From an uncultured bacterium (GTDB lineage: Bacteria; UBA8481): a stretch of 64,000 nucleotides of DNA. The notes below the pieces were generated by a model. It was not told the origin of the DNA and made no database searches. It saw nothing but the letters and a program-made list of their open reading frames with translations. Within the stretch, counting starts at the first letter, position 1, and every line of letters starts with the position of its first letter. The position numbers and the translations under genes are program-made. Shown one piece after another: positions 18,456-31,100 of the stretch. The DNA is taken from contig CAZCME010000010.1 in assembly GCA_964499705.1 (NCBI GenBank), forward strand, positions 22,280 to 86,279, read 5' to 3'.

Positions 18456-19165
18456 ACTCCCCGTTACTTGCGGTCGCCACGGGCGCCGGGATGTCGGCCG
18501 AGAGCGGGGTGCCCACGTTTCGAGACGGCACGGATGCATTGTGGCAGGGGCGGCGTCCGGAGGAGGTTGCGACCCCGGAGGCGTTCACGCGGAATCCGGA
18601 GGACGTCTGGTCATTCTACATGGCGCGTCGAAAAAATCTTCACTCGGTGCGGCCGAACGAGGGGCATAAGGCGATCGCGGGGGCACAGGAGCTCTTCGGG
18701 GATTTTCAGGTCATCACTCAGAATGTGGATGGATTGCATCAGGCCGCGGGATCGAGGCGTGTCCTGGAATTGCATGGATCCATCTGGCGCGCCCGCTGTG
18801 GACGATGCGCGAGAAGCGAGGAGGATAGGCGGACCGAGGGGGAACTTCCGTACTGTCGCTGCGGCGGGCTTATGCGGCCGGATGTGACCTGGTTCGGAGA
18901 AGACCTTCCGGAGGGAGCGATGGCCGAAGCCCTGGCGACTGCCGGAGCGGTCAAGGTGCTGATCGTGATCGGCACATCGAACATGGTGTATCCGGCCGCT
19001 TCCATTCCCCTCGCCGCGTTGGAAGCCGGAGCGACTGTCATTGAAGTGAATCCCCAGCCGACTCCTTTATCCCGGCATGTTTCGCGGTTCATCCAGGGAC
19101 CGGCGGCCGCCTGCGTGCCGCCCCTCTTGCATGAACTCGCGGACACGTTCCATGTTCATGCATAG
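18452..19165 (+). CDS. cobB: NAD-dependent protein deacylase, Sir2 family
   Basis: GAGMSAESGVPTFRD, QNVDGLH, a Zn-binding CxxC...CxxC pair (CGRCARS...CRCGG), and VIEVN. 237 aa. Confidence 0.85.
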   Translation: MNSPLLAVATGAGMSAESGVPTFRDGTDALWQGRRPEEVATPEAFTRNPEDVWSFYMARRKNLHSVRPNEGHKAIAGAQELFGDFQVITQNVDGLHQAAGSRRVLELHGSIWRARCGRCARSEEDRRTEGELPYCRCGGLMRPDVTWFGEDLPEGAMAEALATAGAVKVLIVIGTSNMVYPAASIPLAALEAGATVIEVNPQPTPLSRHVSRFIQGPAAACVPPLLHELADTFHVHA

Positions 19166-19207
19166 GAATAATTACCTGTAGTCGCTTCGCGCGGTTTCAC
19201 GTAACAT

Positions 19208-22200
19208 TTGTCACGTCAAATGCTTCGGATTTTGAGATCTTCTTCATCCTGTTGTTTCTTTTTTCTTCTTTGCTTCGCTGATCCGTCCGCTGTATCCGGA
19301 TCGGTCAATCCTCCTGCTGCGCCCTCCAACCCGGCGTCGGTGGCGGATTCCAGGGAGGACAATTCGAGCGGAGGCATCGATGGTCTTTCTCAAAGTGAGA
19401 TTCAGGATCGTCTCCGGGAATTTCGGTCCCTGAATCCCGGCATCGTCGAAGCGCTCCTGGAACATCCTTCTCTCCTCAACGAAACAACCGTCGCCCTGGC
19501 CCTCGGGCTCGAACCATCCGATGTGCGCCGCGCGACGACGACGCGGTCGGTCACATACCGCGATCTCCTCGAAAATCCCGTCAGGCGTGTCGCCCGTGTT
19601 CTGTGGCGATCCGCGCATCCCAAGCCGTACGATCATCCCCAGGAAGCGGCCGCGCAGCGATTCGCCCAGTCGATCAATGAATTCGGCGTGATCCCGCATG
19701 GCGCGCTGATCGCCGCGCACCAGGAGCAGAAAGCGCTCCAGGCGCAAGCGCGCGCTTGGGCGCCGCGCGGATTCCAGGGCGCTCCGGAGGGACCGGAGGT
19801 CGCGGGAATCGATTCGATCTCCTGGCAGTTCGTGGGACCCGCGAACATCGGAGGCCGGGTCCGGTCCATCGTCATTCATCCCACCACGACGTCATCGATG
19901 TGGGCGGGGAGTGTCTCCGGGGGAATCTGGAAGACGGTCAACTCAGGCGAGACGTGGAGCGTGGTGAACGATTTCATGTCCAATGTCGCCGTCTCCACTC
20001 TTCTCATCGACACGACGAACGCGAACACGATGTATGCGGGAACGGGGGAGGGCTTCTACGGAGGGCACAGCATCCAGGGCGCCGGGGTATTCAAGTCCAC
20101 GGACGCTGGAGCGACATGGACGCAGCTGTCCGCGACGAACACGTCGAGCTGGTATTACGTCAACAGGCTGGCGCAATCTCCGGATGGAACCGTCATCCTG
20201 GCCGCGACGAGGTCGGGGATCTGGCGCACCACCAACGGGGGGACGAACTGGACCCAGTTGCTCGCCGACACGGATATCCTCGATGTGAAATTCGATCCGA
20301 CGAATGGAAATCGGGCGGCGGCCGGCGGTCGCTACGGCGATGCGTATTACTCGACGGATGCCGGCCAGAACTGGTCCAACGAAGCCGGGATTCCCAACAA
20401 CGCCAGTTTTCTTTCGCGCGTGGAACTGGCCTGGTCCGCCTCGGCATCGGGAACGCTGTACGCCGCCTACAATAACCAGGGCGTCACGGAAGGGGAGTTT
20501 TACCGGTCCACGGACGGCGGCCAGACTTACACGCGCCGGAACACGGGCGACACATCGAACTGGCTCGGGTCGCAGGGATGGTATGACAACATCATCTGGG
20601 TGGATCCGACGAACGCGGACACGGTCGTCGTCGGCGGCATCGATCTCTGGCGCTCCACGGACGGCGGCCAGACCTTCCAGAAGATCTCCATCTGGGAACA
20701 GAACCGAAACTCCGTTCACGCGGATCATCACTACATCGTCCACGATCCCGGATTCAACGGCACGGCGAACCGGCGCGTTTATCTTGGCAACGACGGAGGC
20801 GTTTACAAGACCGACAACATCTATACCGCGGTGGGCACGTCGGGTTTCCAGCCGCTTCTCAACAAGCTCGGCATCACGCAGTTTTACGGAGCCGCCGGGA
20901 ACGAGACGGCGAATATCTTCTGGGGCGGAGCGCAGGACAACGGCACGCTCCATTTCACGGGGACGGACAGCTGGGGAGAAGCCGTCGGCGGCGACGGCGG
21001 TTTCTGCGCCGCGGATCCCGTGGAGTCGGCATATCTGTACGGCGAATACACGTACCTCCAGATGTACCGCTCCACGAATTTCGGCGCTTCCGCCTCGGAT
21101 ATCTACAACGCGTCGGGTAACACCATCGCGGATGCGAATCAGAACAACGCTCTTTTCATCGCGCCGTTCCTGCTGGATCCGAATAACGCGAACACGATGT
21201 ACGGCGGCGCCGAGAGGCTTTGGCGGTCAACCAACGTCAAGGCCGGCACCCCGGACTGGTTTTCAGTCAAGGCCGTGGTCGCGGGAAATCCCAAGATCAG
21301 CGCGATCGCCGTCTCGCCCGGAGATCCGAGGGTCATCTGGGTCGGCTACGATGCCGGGGGCCGCGTCGAATATTCGAGCGACACCGGCGCCACATGGGTT
21401 CAGGTCGGAAACGGCACTCTTCCTTCGCGGTATGTTCAGCGCATCGTCATCGATCCGAACAGGCCGTCCCGCGTTCATGTCACCTTCGGCGGGTACGCGA
21501 TGGGAAACATCTGGCGCACGGAGGACACGGGCGCGACCTGGTACGACGTCAACACGAACGCCACCGTGAAGATTCCTTCCGTGCCGGTACGGGGATTCGC
21601 AGTCTGGGCCAGGAACAGCGATTCGATCTACGCGGGCACCGATATCGGCGTTTACGCTTCGACCGACAGCGGCAAAAACTGGTCGCCGACGAACGACGGC
21701 CCCTCGAATGTCTCCGTCGACGAGCTCTTCTGGCAGCGGACGGACACCTTGTATGCCGCCACTCACGGGCGCGGCCTGTGGCGCATCAACGTGGCGCGCG
21801 TCGTCCCGCCATCGGACACGGCGGCGCTCGGGCCGAACAAGTGGTACGTGAACGACGCGTCGACGACCGGCGACTCCTTCACGAGCGCGGCCGGCAGCAA
21901 CGGCAACAACGGGCTGACGATCGCGACGCCGAAGCTGACTCTTTCAGCCGTCATCCCGTTTCTCTCCGAGGGTGACACGGTCTACATCGACGCCGGGACT
22001 TTCACGCCTTCGGATACGGTCAGGATCGAGACGAATGCCGTCTGGATCCTCGGCAAGGATTCCATTTCCACCGTGATCGACTTTAATGATTCCTCGCAAT
22101 CCGGTCAGAAGTCGATATACGCGTCGGGGCGCAACAGGATCACGATTCGGGATCTCGCGGTAACGCGGGCCTATCACGGACTCTGGTTCAATAACGCCGA

Positions 22201-25030
22201 TACCTGCGTGATCGAGCGGGTACGCACGGATTCGCACAGCCAGGGCGGGATGAATTTCGAGAACGGATCGGACAGCAATCTCGTCGTCCATAGTCAGGCG
22301 ACCGCCACCGGCAATGGCGGCTTCCGATTCGTGACCGGAAGCGGGTACAATACACTGGCGGCGAATGTAGCGGCTTTCACCACGGGCAACGGCTTCCACT
22401 TGAATGCGTCGACCGGCAATACCTTGATCAACAACACGTTCTGGGGAAATGATGTCACGAACGACGGATTCAACCTCTCTGACACGAGCAATAACAATAC
22501 GCTCTTGAACAACCGCAGCGAGACCGGGCTCTATGGGTTCCTGATCAACAGATCCGCAGGCAACCTTCTGTCCGGAAATATCGCCATTGCCACCATGGGC
22601 GAAGGGTTTGAAGTCCTGAATGCCAGCCACAATAACGTACTGACGAATAATGTCGCGTCGCTCAGCCTCACTCCAGGTTTCGAAGTCTTCGCAAACAGCA
22701 ACGGAAATACATTTCTCAATAATCGTTCCACAAACGGCCGTTCTCACGGTTTCAGGGTCTTTTCGAGCAGCAACAACGTCTTTCGCCAGAACATGGCCGA
22801 TTCCAATCTCGGCTGGGGTTTCTACATCGACGGCGACTGCAGTGCCGACACTTTTCAGAAAAACGTCTATATCCCATCGCCCGCGCTTCCGGATTCCGCG
22901 CTCTTCGAGAGCACGTTCGCGCGGATGAACGTCGAACGGAACTGGTGGGGCTCCACGGATTCGGCCGCGATCAAGGCAAAATTCGCCGCCTTCGCGCGCG
23001 ATTCAGCCGTGTATATTCCCTATCGACTCGGCATCGTCGACACGACCGCCGGCGCGGACACTGTTGCTCCGCGAGCGCCCGACACGGTCGCGGCGGCGGT
23101 TTTATCGTCCAGCGCGATTCGCGTCTCCTGGTCGCCTGTGACGGTGAACGAGGAAGCATCGCCGTTCGCCGTGAGCCTGGCTCAGTACCGGATCCACAGG
23201 GCGCTCTCCGCGGATTCCGGCTCCTGGCCGCAGGTCGGCGTCGCCGGAGCGTCGGCGGTGTCATTCGACGATACTTCTCTCGCCGCCGGCGTGACGTACT
23301 ACTACCGGGTCACGGCTGTTGACTCGGCGACGCCCTTCGAGAACCAGAGTTTCTTCTCCGATTCGACCGGCTCCGCGATGACGCCGCCGGACACGTCGGG
23401 GCCGAATGCCTGGTATGTGAACGACACATCGACGACGGGAGACAGCTTCACTTCCTCCGTCGGAGACGATGCCAACAGCGGATTGTTCATCTCGACGCCG
23501 AAGCGCTCCCTGGCCGCGATCGATCATCTCCTCACGGCAGGAGACACGGTCTATGTCGATTCCGGATTCTACTACGAGGTCGAGACCGTGACGGTCGGCG
23601 TCAGCGGCGTTCTCATCCGGGGCGTGGATTCCTCCAGCTCGATCATCCGTTTCGACAGCAATTCCGTGCAGGCCTGTCGCGCGGTCCAGGTGTTGAACGC
23701 GACGGGAGTCACGATCCGCGATATTGCAGTGCTGAACGCATCGAAGGGAATATGGCTCAATAACGGCGACCAGGGATCGATCCAGCGCGTGAAGCTTTCT
23801 TCCAACGGCCGGGGGATCCATCTCCTGAATGCCGACACCAACTCGATCACGGACGCGTTCGCGTCGTCGTCTGGCACGATCGGGTTCTATCTGGTCACGA
23901 GCCATGGCAATACCATGACGGCGTGCGCCACGAGCTTCAGCACTTCGAGCGGAATCCAGATGGATACGTGTTTCGCCAACTCGGTGAGCGGATGCACGCT
24001 CGTGAGCGATCTGGAAGAGGCGCTGATCGTCCGGTGGGGAGGAAGAGTTACGATCACAGGGAACATTGTGAGCGGCTCTGCCTACGCGATCACGCTCGAA
24101 AACAGCTCGAACAACGTCGTCGAGCGCAACATCGCCGTTTCGAACCAGGATGGCATCTGGCTGGACACCGCGACGAATAATATCGTGCGGGGAAATCTGA
24201 GCGCTTCGAACACGCGGAGCGGCATCACGCTGCGAGGCGCGTCCACCGACAACTTCGTCTCTCAGAACCAGCTCTCGAATAACGGGTGGTACCAGATCAG
24301 CATCATTGACGCTGGCGCCGCCGACACTTTTCTTGCCAACAATATTCTCGTCTCAACGGGAAATCCGGACAGCGGCGTCTTCCTGGGATCGCGGAATCGG
24401 ATGAAGTTCGCGCGGAACTGGTGGGGCTCGGTCGACTCGGTCGCTATACGAGCTGATCTCGCGGGACTCGGTCGGGATTCCATCGACTACTCGCCGTTTC
24501 GTCTCACGATCGCCGATACCAACGTGGGCGCGGACTCGGTAGCGCCGGAAGCGCCGGCCGGCCTGACGGTCGACAGTCCGTACGCGCAGATCCGCATTTC
24601 CTGGGCGGCCGTCGCCGGGAACGAGGACGGGCTGGCGGGCGCGCCCGGCGTCGTGAAATACCTTGTCTATCGCTCGCGTCGCTCCGATACGTCCGTCTGG
24701 GGTGCGCCGGTGGGTGAAACCACGGCGACGTCATTTTCGGATACCTCTACCGCGCCGGACACGGACTATTTCTACCGGATCACGGCGCAGGACGGCGCGA
24801 GTCTGCCGAACCAGAGTTTCTATTCCTCGATCGTTTCGGGAAGATCGATTCGTGCGACGGGCGATTTCACGGGCGATTCCACGGTCACCCTGGCTGATTT
24901 CCGGTTGATCCAGGTTCGCTTCAAGACTCCGGGGCTGTACGATCCTCTATTCGACATCGGCAGGAACGGCGTTGACGGTGTGATTAATGAAGAGGACTTC
25001 CTGGAGCTGGCGAGGCGATACGGGCAGTAG
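19208..25030 (+). CDS. Giant secreted multi-domain protein (1940 aa): Asp-box (BNR) beta-propeller repeats, right-handed parallel beta-helix repeats, FN3-like domains, C-terminal dockerin-like module
   Basis: Signal-like N-terminus. Repeated SxDxGxTW Asp-box motifs (STDAGATWTQ, TTNGGTNWTQ, STDAGQNWSN, STDGGQTYT, STDGGQTFQ, SSDTGATWVQ, TEDTGATWYDV, STDSGKNWSP). Two blocks of Asn/Gly-rich beta-helix repeats. Three FN3-like modules ...YYYRVTAVD.... C-terminal GDFTGDSTVTLADFRLI...DIGRNGVDGVINEEDFLELARRYGQ resembles a two-repeat dockerin. Confidence 0.8.
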   Translation: MSRQMLRILRSSSSCCFFFLLCFADPSAVSGSVNPPAAPSNPASVADSREDNSSGGIDGLSQSEIQDRLREFRSLNPGIVEALLEHPSLLNETTVALALGLEPSDVRRATTTRSVTYRDLLENPVRRVARVLWRSAHPKPYDHPQEAAAQRFAQSINEFGVIPHGALIAAHQEQKALQAQARAWAPRGFQGAPEGPEVAGIDSISWQFVGPANIGGRVRSIVIHPTTTSSMWAGSVSGGIWKTVNSGETWSVVNDFMSNVAVSTLLIDTTNANTMYAGTGEGFYGGHSIQGAGVFKSTDAGATWTQLSATNTSSWYYVNRLAQSPDGTVILAATRSGIWRTTNGGTNWTQLLADTDILDVKFDPTNGNRAAAGGRYGDAYYSTDAGQNWSNEAGIPNNASFLSRVELAWSASASGTLYAAYNNQGVTEGEFYRSTDGGQTYTRRNTGDTSNWLGSQGWYDNIIWVDPTNADTVVVGGIDLWRSTDGGQTFQKISIWEQNRNSVHADHHYIVHDPGFNGTANRRVYLGNDGGVYKTDNIYTAVGTSGFQPLLNKLGITQFYGAAGNETANIFWGGAQDNGTLHFTGTDSWGEAVGGDGGFCAADPVESAYLYGEYTYLQMYRSTNFGASASDIYNASGNTIADANQNNALFIAPFLLDPNNANTMYGGAERLWRSTNVKAGTPDWFSVKAVVAGNPKISAIAVSPGDPRVIWVGYDAGGRVEYSSDTGATWVQVGNGTLPSRYVQRIVIDPNRPSRVHVTFGGYAMGNIWRTEDTGATWYDVNTNATVKIPSVPVRGFAVWARNSDSIYAGTDIGVYASTDSGKNWSPTNDGPSNVSVDELFWQRTDTLYAATHGRGLWRINVARVVPPSDTAALGPNKWYVNDASTTGDSFTSAAGSNGNNGLTIATPKLTLSAVIPFLSEGDTVYIDAGTFTPSDTVRIETNAVWILGKDSISTVIDFNDSSQSGQKSIYASGRNRITIRDLAVTRAYHGLWFNNADTCVIERVRTDSHSQGGMNFENGSDSNLVVHSQATATGNGGFRFVTGSGYNTLAANVAAFTTGNGFHLNASTGNTLINNTFWGNDVTNDGFNLSDTSNNNTLLNNRSETGLYGFLINRSAGNLLSGNIAIATMGEGFEVLNASHNNVLTNNVASLSLTPGFEVFANSNGNTFLNNRSTNGRSHGFRVFSSSNNVFRQNMADSNLGWGFYIDGDCSADTFQKNVYIPSPALPDSALFESTFARMNVERNWWGSTDSAAIKAKFAAFARDSAVYIPYRLGIVDTTAGADTVAPRAPDTVAAAVLSSSAIRVSWSPVTVNEEASPFAVSLAQYRIHRALSADSGSWPQVGVAGASAVSFDDTSLAAGVTYYYRVTAVDSATPFENQSFFSDSTGSAMTPPDTSGPNAWYVNDTSTTGDSFTSSVGDDANSGLFISTPKRSLAAIDHLLTAGDTVYVDSGFYYEVETVTVGVSGVLIRGVDSSSSIIRFDSNSVQACRAVQVLNATGVTIRDIAVLNASKGIWLNNGDQGSIQRVKLSSNGRGIHLLNADTNSITDAFASSSGTIGFYLVTSHGNTMTACATSFSTSSGIQMDTCFANSVSGCTLVSDLEEALIVRWGGRVTITGNIVSGSAYAITLENSSNNVVERNIAVSNQDGIWLDTATNNIVRGNLSASNTRSGITLRGASTDNFVSQNQLSNNGWYQISIIDAGAADTFLANNILVSTGNPDSGVFLGSRNRMKFARNWWGSVDSVAIRADLAGLGRDSIDYSPFRLTIADTNVGADSVAPEAPAGLTVDSPYAQIRISWAAVAGNEDGLAGAPGVVKYLVYRSRRSDTSVWGAPVGETTATSFSDTSTAPDTDYFYRITAQDGASLPNQSFYSSIVSGRSIRATGDFTGDSTVTLADFRLIQVRFKTPGLYDPLFDIGRNGVDGVINEEDFLELARRYGQ

Positions 25031-25104
25031 GAGGATTCTCCGTACGTTTTTACTCCGAATTCCCGCTCGACTCACCGGTTCGATTATCCCTATAATTCTC
25101 AGGT

Positions 25105-28100
25105 ATGATTCCGCCTGCCATGGCGCCAAGGTTTCTTCCCGTTCCGATGCGTTTTTTCCTCCTGTCCGCGATACTCTTCATTGCGCTTTCAGTTCCCTCG
25201 TGGTCCGCGCCGCTTCCTGATCATAAAAGCATCTCGAAGATCGCATGGAAGCATGGAGCCATCCACGCGGGCGATCGGTTTGCGGGACTGACGCGGGAAG
25301 AGTGGACGGAATACTTCGCCAGCCGGCCACGACAGATCCTGCCGGATTCCGCCACTCGCGACGTCGACGAAACGGTCGTGGCGCGCCGTCTTGGACTTGC
25401 TCCGAGCCTGGTGCGGAAGGTGCGGACGGAACGATCGGTGGATTATCGCAGGATGCTGGAATTTTCGCCTCCTCTCCTGGCGCGCGTTTTCTGGCGGACG
25501 CATCATCCCAAGCGGCCGGATCATCCCGGCGAAGCCGCCGCGTTCAGGGCGCTGCAGCAGCGGAGCGAGGACGGGCAGATCGTCGAGAACGGTCTCGCGA
25601 ACGCGGCCAGGCAGCTCGAGGAGATGCAGGAGAATGTCCGGGCCGGGATATCGCCGTCCTTCCCGGGAGATCCCGTGCCCGGAGAAGGCCCGGAGGTCGC
25701 GGGGATCGATTCGACGCGCTGGCAGGCCCTGGGTCCCGGAAATGTGCCCGGGCGAATTCGCTCCGCGATCATCTTTCCGGATTCGAACATCAAGGTGATC
25801 GGGAGTGTCGGTGGAGGAATTTTCCGGACGACGAACGGGGGGCAGAGCTGGACCGCCGTGAACGATTTTCTCGCCAATCTCGCCATCGGCTGCATGGCGC
25901 AAAGCCCCCTCCAGCGCGACACGATTTACGCGGGCACCGGAGAGGGCTTCTACAACTCGGATCGGATCCGGGGCGACGGCATCTTCAAGTCGACGGATTC
26001 GGGACAGACCTGGACCCAGCTTTCCGCGACCGCTTCGAACTCCAGTTATCGATATGTCAACCGAATTGCGATCGATCCCGGCAATGTCAACATCCTCCTG
26101 GCCGGAACGCAGACGGGAATATTCCGGTCGACGAACGCCGGGGCGAGCTGGAGCGCGACGGCGGGCGCAGGGGAGGCGATGGATGTCGACTTTCACCCCA
26201 ACAATGCGAGCTTCGCGGTGGCGAGCGGCCGGAACGGGAACACCTGGTACTCGACGGATGGCGGCCAGAACTGGACCGCCGCGACGGGAATCCCCTCCGA
26301 GGCGAACAACCGCGTGGAGGTCGCCTACGCGCCTTCCAACGGCGGCGTGGTCTATGCTTCCTGCCAGAGAAACAGCGGCGAGCTGTATCGCTCGACCGAC
26401 AGCGGAGTCACTTACTCTCTTCAGAATACCGGGTCCAGTTACCTCGGAAGCCAGGGCTGGTACGACAACTGCCTCTGGGTCGATCCCGTGAATCCGGATC
26501 ACGTGGCGACGGGAGGAATCGATGTCTGGCGCAGCACGAACGCGGGCGCCAACCTCACGCAGATCAGCGACTGGTCGCAGAATTCCTCGGGACTGTCCGC
26601 GCACGCGGATCACCACATTCTCCTGTCCCACCCGGATTACAACGGCACGACGAACCGGGAGTTCTACACGGGCAGCGACGGCGGGCTCGCCTTCACGAAC
26701 GACATAACGACCGTGGCGCAGACATCCGGGTGGACGCTCCTGCGGAACAACATCGTGACCACGCAGGCGTATGGGGGCGCGGGAAACCCGGCAGGGGTCT
26801 TCTGGCTGGGCACGCAGGACAACGGCACGCCCGCTTATTTCGGAGATTCCAATGCATGGACGCGCCATTCGTCCCGCAGCGGAGACGGAGGCCATTGCGC
26901 CGCGGATCAGCTCGATGCGAATTATCTCTACGGCGAGTACGTGTATCTGACGATCTACCGCAGTTCGAACGGGGGCGCCACCGCGACGGACATCTACTCC
27001 GGGATCACGGATGCCGACAACAGCGCGACGGCGTTCTTCATCGCGCCGTTCATCCTGGACCCGAACGATCAGGGCCGGATGTATGCCGGCGGCGTTCAAC
27101 TCTGGAGAACGAGCGATGTGAAGGCCACTCCGCCCACGTGGTCTTCAGTCAAGGCGTCGAACGGAAACAAGATCAGCGCGATCGCCGTGGCCCCCGGCAA
27201 TCCGAATGTCATTTGGGTCGCGACGTCCAACTCCACGATCACCGGAGCCAACGCCAGCGAGGTCTTCTACACGGCGAACGGGCTCGAGGTGTCTCCGACA
27301 TGGACGCAGGTGGACGGCAACGGTGTCACGCTTCCGAACCGCTATTGCAGCCGGATCGCGATCGATCCCCGGAATCCCGCTCACGTCTACGTGACGTTCG
27401 GCGGATATAATACTAACAATCTCTACGTCACGTCGGATACGGGCACGACATGGACGAACGTGAATGCGACGGCGAATCCCGCCCTGCCGACCGCGCCGAT
27501 CCGCACCGTCGTCTTCGGAAACTATTCCAGCGACTCGGTCTATGTCGGGACGGAAGTGGGGATTTTTGCCAGTGCGAACGCGGGCGCGGCCTGGTCGCCG
27601 TCGCAGGACGGGCCGGCCAATGTCTCCGTCGATCAGCTCTTCTGGGTCGGCGCGGATACGCTCCATGCGGCGACGCATGGTCGGGGGCTCTGGAGGATAT
27701 CCGTTCCGCGGCCGGATACGACGACGCCGCCTCCCATTGACACGACGGGGCCGAATGTCTGGTACGTGAACGATACCTCCACCACCGGGGATTCGTTCAC
27801 GTCCGGATTCGGCAGTGATGCCAACAGCGGTGTTTCGCGCACAGCTCCGAAGCGGACGATCGCAGCCGTTTGCGCCTTTCTCACGACAGGGGACACGGTC
27901 TACATCGACGCAGGGACGTTCGGGGAAACGATGGTCGCGGGATCCTGCACCGCGGTAGCGATTATCGATACGATGAACGTCACGCTCGTGGGTGTGGATT
28001 CGCTGGTGACGTTGCTCGATCCAGGGGATTCTTCAAGCGGATCCAACATACGAGGGATCTACGCCGATACGATTTCAGGTCTCACGATCCGGAACCTTCG

Positions 28101-31100
28101 GGTTTCAAACGCCCGCACCGGCATCGAGTGGTACAACGTCGATACTTCGACGATGGCGAGCGTGGATATGGTCCGCAACAGCGCCTATGGGCTATTGCTC
28201 TTCGGCGGCTCGGAGTCGATCCTCGTATCGACGTGCGGAGGTTCGAATAATGCGCAGGGAATCCGTATCCTGTCGAGTTCGCGGAATACGATTCGCGAGA
28301 ACGTCCTGGAAAGCGCCGCCGGCGCCGGCATTTCCAATGAGGGAAGCTCGAACAATGCGTTCATCGGGAACACGGCGCGGTTGAACAACGAGGAAGGCAT
28401 CTTTCTCACGGGGAGTTCGGGCAATTCCATTACCGGCAATGTCCTGGCGGCAAACGGCAGCGACGGCGTGTATCTCACATCGAATTCGAACGGCAACAGG
28501 ATCGAGGGGAACCATATTGCGGCCAACCTGCAGGGTATCCTGATCGACGGATCAAGCGGCAACGTCGTCGCTCAAAATGAGCTGAGCGCCAACACGACAT
28601 ACCAGATCCAACTGGGAATCGGCGCATCGGCGGACACAATCGAGCGGAACAACATAACGACATCCAGCGGAAAACCCGAAAGCGGCGTGCAGAACCAGAC
28701 GATCGCGAGATTCGATGCGACACGGAACTGGTGGGGGACGGCCGACTCCGCGACGATCCGGGCGCGAATCCGGGGTACGGGTCGGGATTCCGTAGTCTCC
28801 GTGCCCTTCCGGCTTGGTCGTGTCGATACGAGACCTGGTTTCGACACGCTGGCGCCGCGAGCGCCGGATACGGTCGCAGCGTCCGATCTTTCCGATACTT
28901 CCGTGCGCGTCACGTGGTCGACGGTCGGGTTGAATGAGGACGGATCGGCCGGAAACGGCGATCTTGCAGGATACCGTGTCTATCAGTCGTCTTCCCCCGA
29001 TTCGACGTCGTGGATTCTCCGGGGAACGGTGAGCACGGCGACGCGCACGTACGATGACTCGGGTCTGGCGCGGATGGCGACGTATTTCTACCGAGTGACG
29101 GCCTTCGATAACGCCTCGTTCGAGAATCAGTCGTTCTTCACTGACTCCATCATCGGCGTCGTTCCCGGCGCGATCGACTCGACAGGAGCGAATGTCTGGT
29201 ACGTGAACGACTCATCTACGAGCGGCGATTCTTTCACGTCGGCGGTCGGCCTTGTCGCCAATCACGGGCTGCTTCCTTCCGCGCCCAAACGCGGACTCGC
29301 CGGCGTCATCCCCTATCTCACCGCCGGGGACACCGTCTACATCGACGCAGGAACATTCCAGGACTCCAATCTTGTCCTCTCTGTTTCGGACGTGATCGTC
29401 GAAGGGAAGGATTCGCTCGCGACAATCGTGGACGCGAATTACGAAACGTGCTTCATCTTGCGCGGCGCTCATCGATCGATCTTCAGAAAAGTCCAGATCG
29501 TCAACGCCAATTATCCTGGCGGACTCGGCCAAGATCATGGAGCGGCGATACGGCTCGAGAATTCCGACAGCGTCGTCATTGCCTCGGACAGTTTCTTGCA
29601 GAACACCTGGGGAGTAAACCTCGCGCTCGGTTCCGATTCGGCCACCGTCACGAACTGCGTCTTCAATCCTCAGACACAGTTCGCGGTCTATGTCGAAAGC
29701 GGGCCTCAGGCCGTGATCACGGGAAATACGATGATATCGTTCGGCATCGGCATCGAAAATCGATCCGATTCCGGGATCGTTGCCGGGAACACAATGACGA
29801 ACACCGTGGTGAACGTCACGTCGTCCGATTCGATCAGGATTCTCGGTAATTCGTTCTCCAATGTCACGATTACTCTCACGACAGCGCAAAGGTGCGACAT
29901 CGAATCGAACACGATCACGACAGGCGGGATTGTTCTGAACGACGACGTGCTGCTTTGCCGGCTCAACGGAAATTCCGTGACCGCGGTCGGCGCCACATGT
30001 TTCGATATCGCCGGCGACACGAACACCCTCATTAATAATTTCGCCTTCGGGAGTGGCGTTTCCGGCCAGGGTTTCTGGCTGAAGACCGCAGCGGCAGGTA
30101 ACATCCTGACGAGCAACACGGCGTCGGCAAAAAGAAATTTCGGATATCTGGTGCAGGGCACGTCGAATATTCTCGACGCCAACTTGGCGGTGAGCTGCCA
30201 GGATGGCGGGTACCGGATCTCCGGCGACACGAACGTGCTCAATGCGAATACGGCGCGGACGATCACCGCCGGCGCCGGATTTGTCGTTGAAGGCAGGAAC
30301 AACGTCCTGCGAGGAAATCATGCGTCCGCGTGCAGCGACTCCGGCTTCCACCTCAACGGGGCGGTCGACAACATTCTCTCGGCGAATCATGCCGACTCCA
30401 ACCTGGGCTATGCGCTCGCGATCGTCGGATCGTCGAGCGGCAACACGGTCCGAAAGAACAGTTTCGTCACATCGCCGACGCGGCCCGATTCCGGTGTCCT
30501 CCTGGTTTCGGTGGCCGCGGTCGATCTGACGCGCTCATGGTGGAACACGACCGACAGCGCGTCCATCCGGAATCGTATCCGCGGCGCCGGCGTGGTGCTT
30601 GCCATGTACACGCCCTTCCGTTTCGGGGTTATCGATACGGGATACGGAGCCGACACGGTCGCGCCCGACTCGCCGGTGAATCTCATCGTGGATACGCCTG
30701 CGGGCCAGATAAGGATCTCCTGGACCGCGCCGAGCGTGAACGAGGGCGGAACCGGAGGCGCGACGGGAATCGCGAAGTATCACATCTATCGATCCCGCGC
30801 GGCGGACACGACGGACTGGATCGGTCCGATAGGGGAGACTACCGCGACGGTCTACTCCGATACGCGCATCGCGACGGATACGATCTATTACTATCGGGTG
30901 ACCGCCGAGGACAGCGCATCATATCCGAACCGCGGTTTCTACTCGGCGATCGTGAGCGGTTCGGTCCCGCGCGTTTTTGCGGATTTTTCGGGCGACTCCA
31001 CGGTCAATTCCGCGGACGTTCCCTTGATCCTCCCGCGGTACCGCCAGCCGGGCCTGTATAACTTAATCTACGACATCGGCAAAAACGGTGTGGACGGAGT

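Noticed and set aside
19943-23905. Multiple minus-strand ORFs (336, 267 and 214 aa, etc.) and the frame-shifted plus-strand ORF 20304..21569
   Set aside because: They all lie inside the 1940-aa giant gene, which has coherent repeated domain signatures. The alternative frames are Arg/Pro-rich.
25061-25085. tRNA-like T-loop motif ggttcgatt
   Set aside because: The flanks cannot form a T-stem or acceptor stem, and no cloverleaf is evident. It lies in the leader region of the second giant gene.
25189-27410. 636-aa minus-strand and 721-aa plus-strand alternative-frame ORFs
   Set aside because: They lie inside the second giant gene and are low-complexity Arg/Gly-rich.
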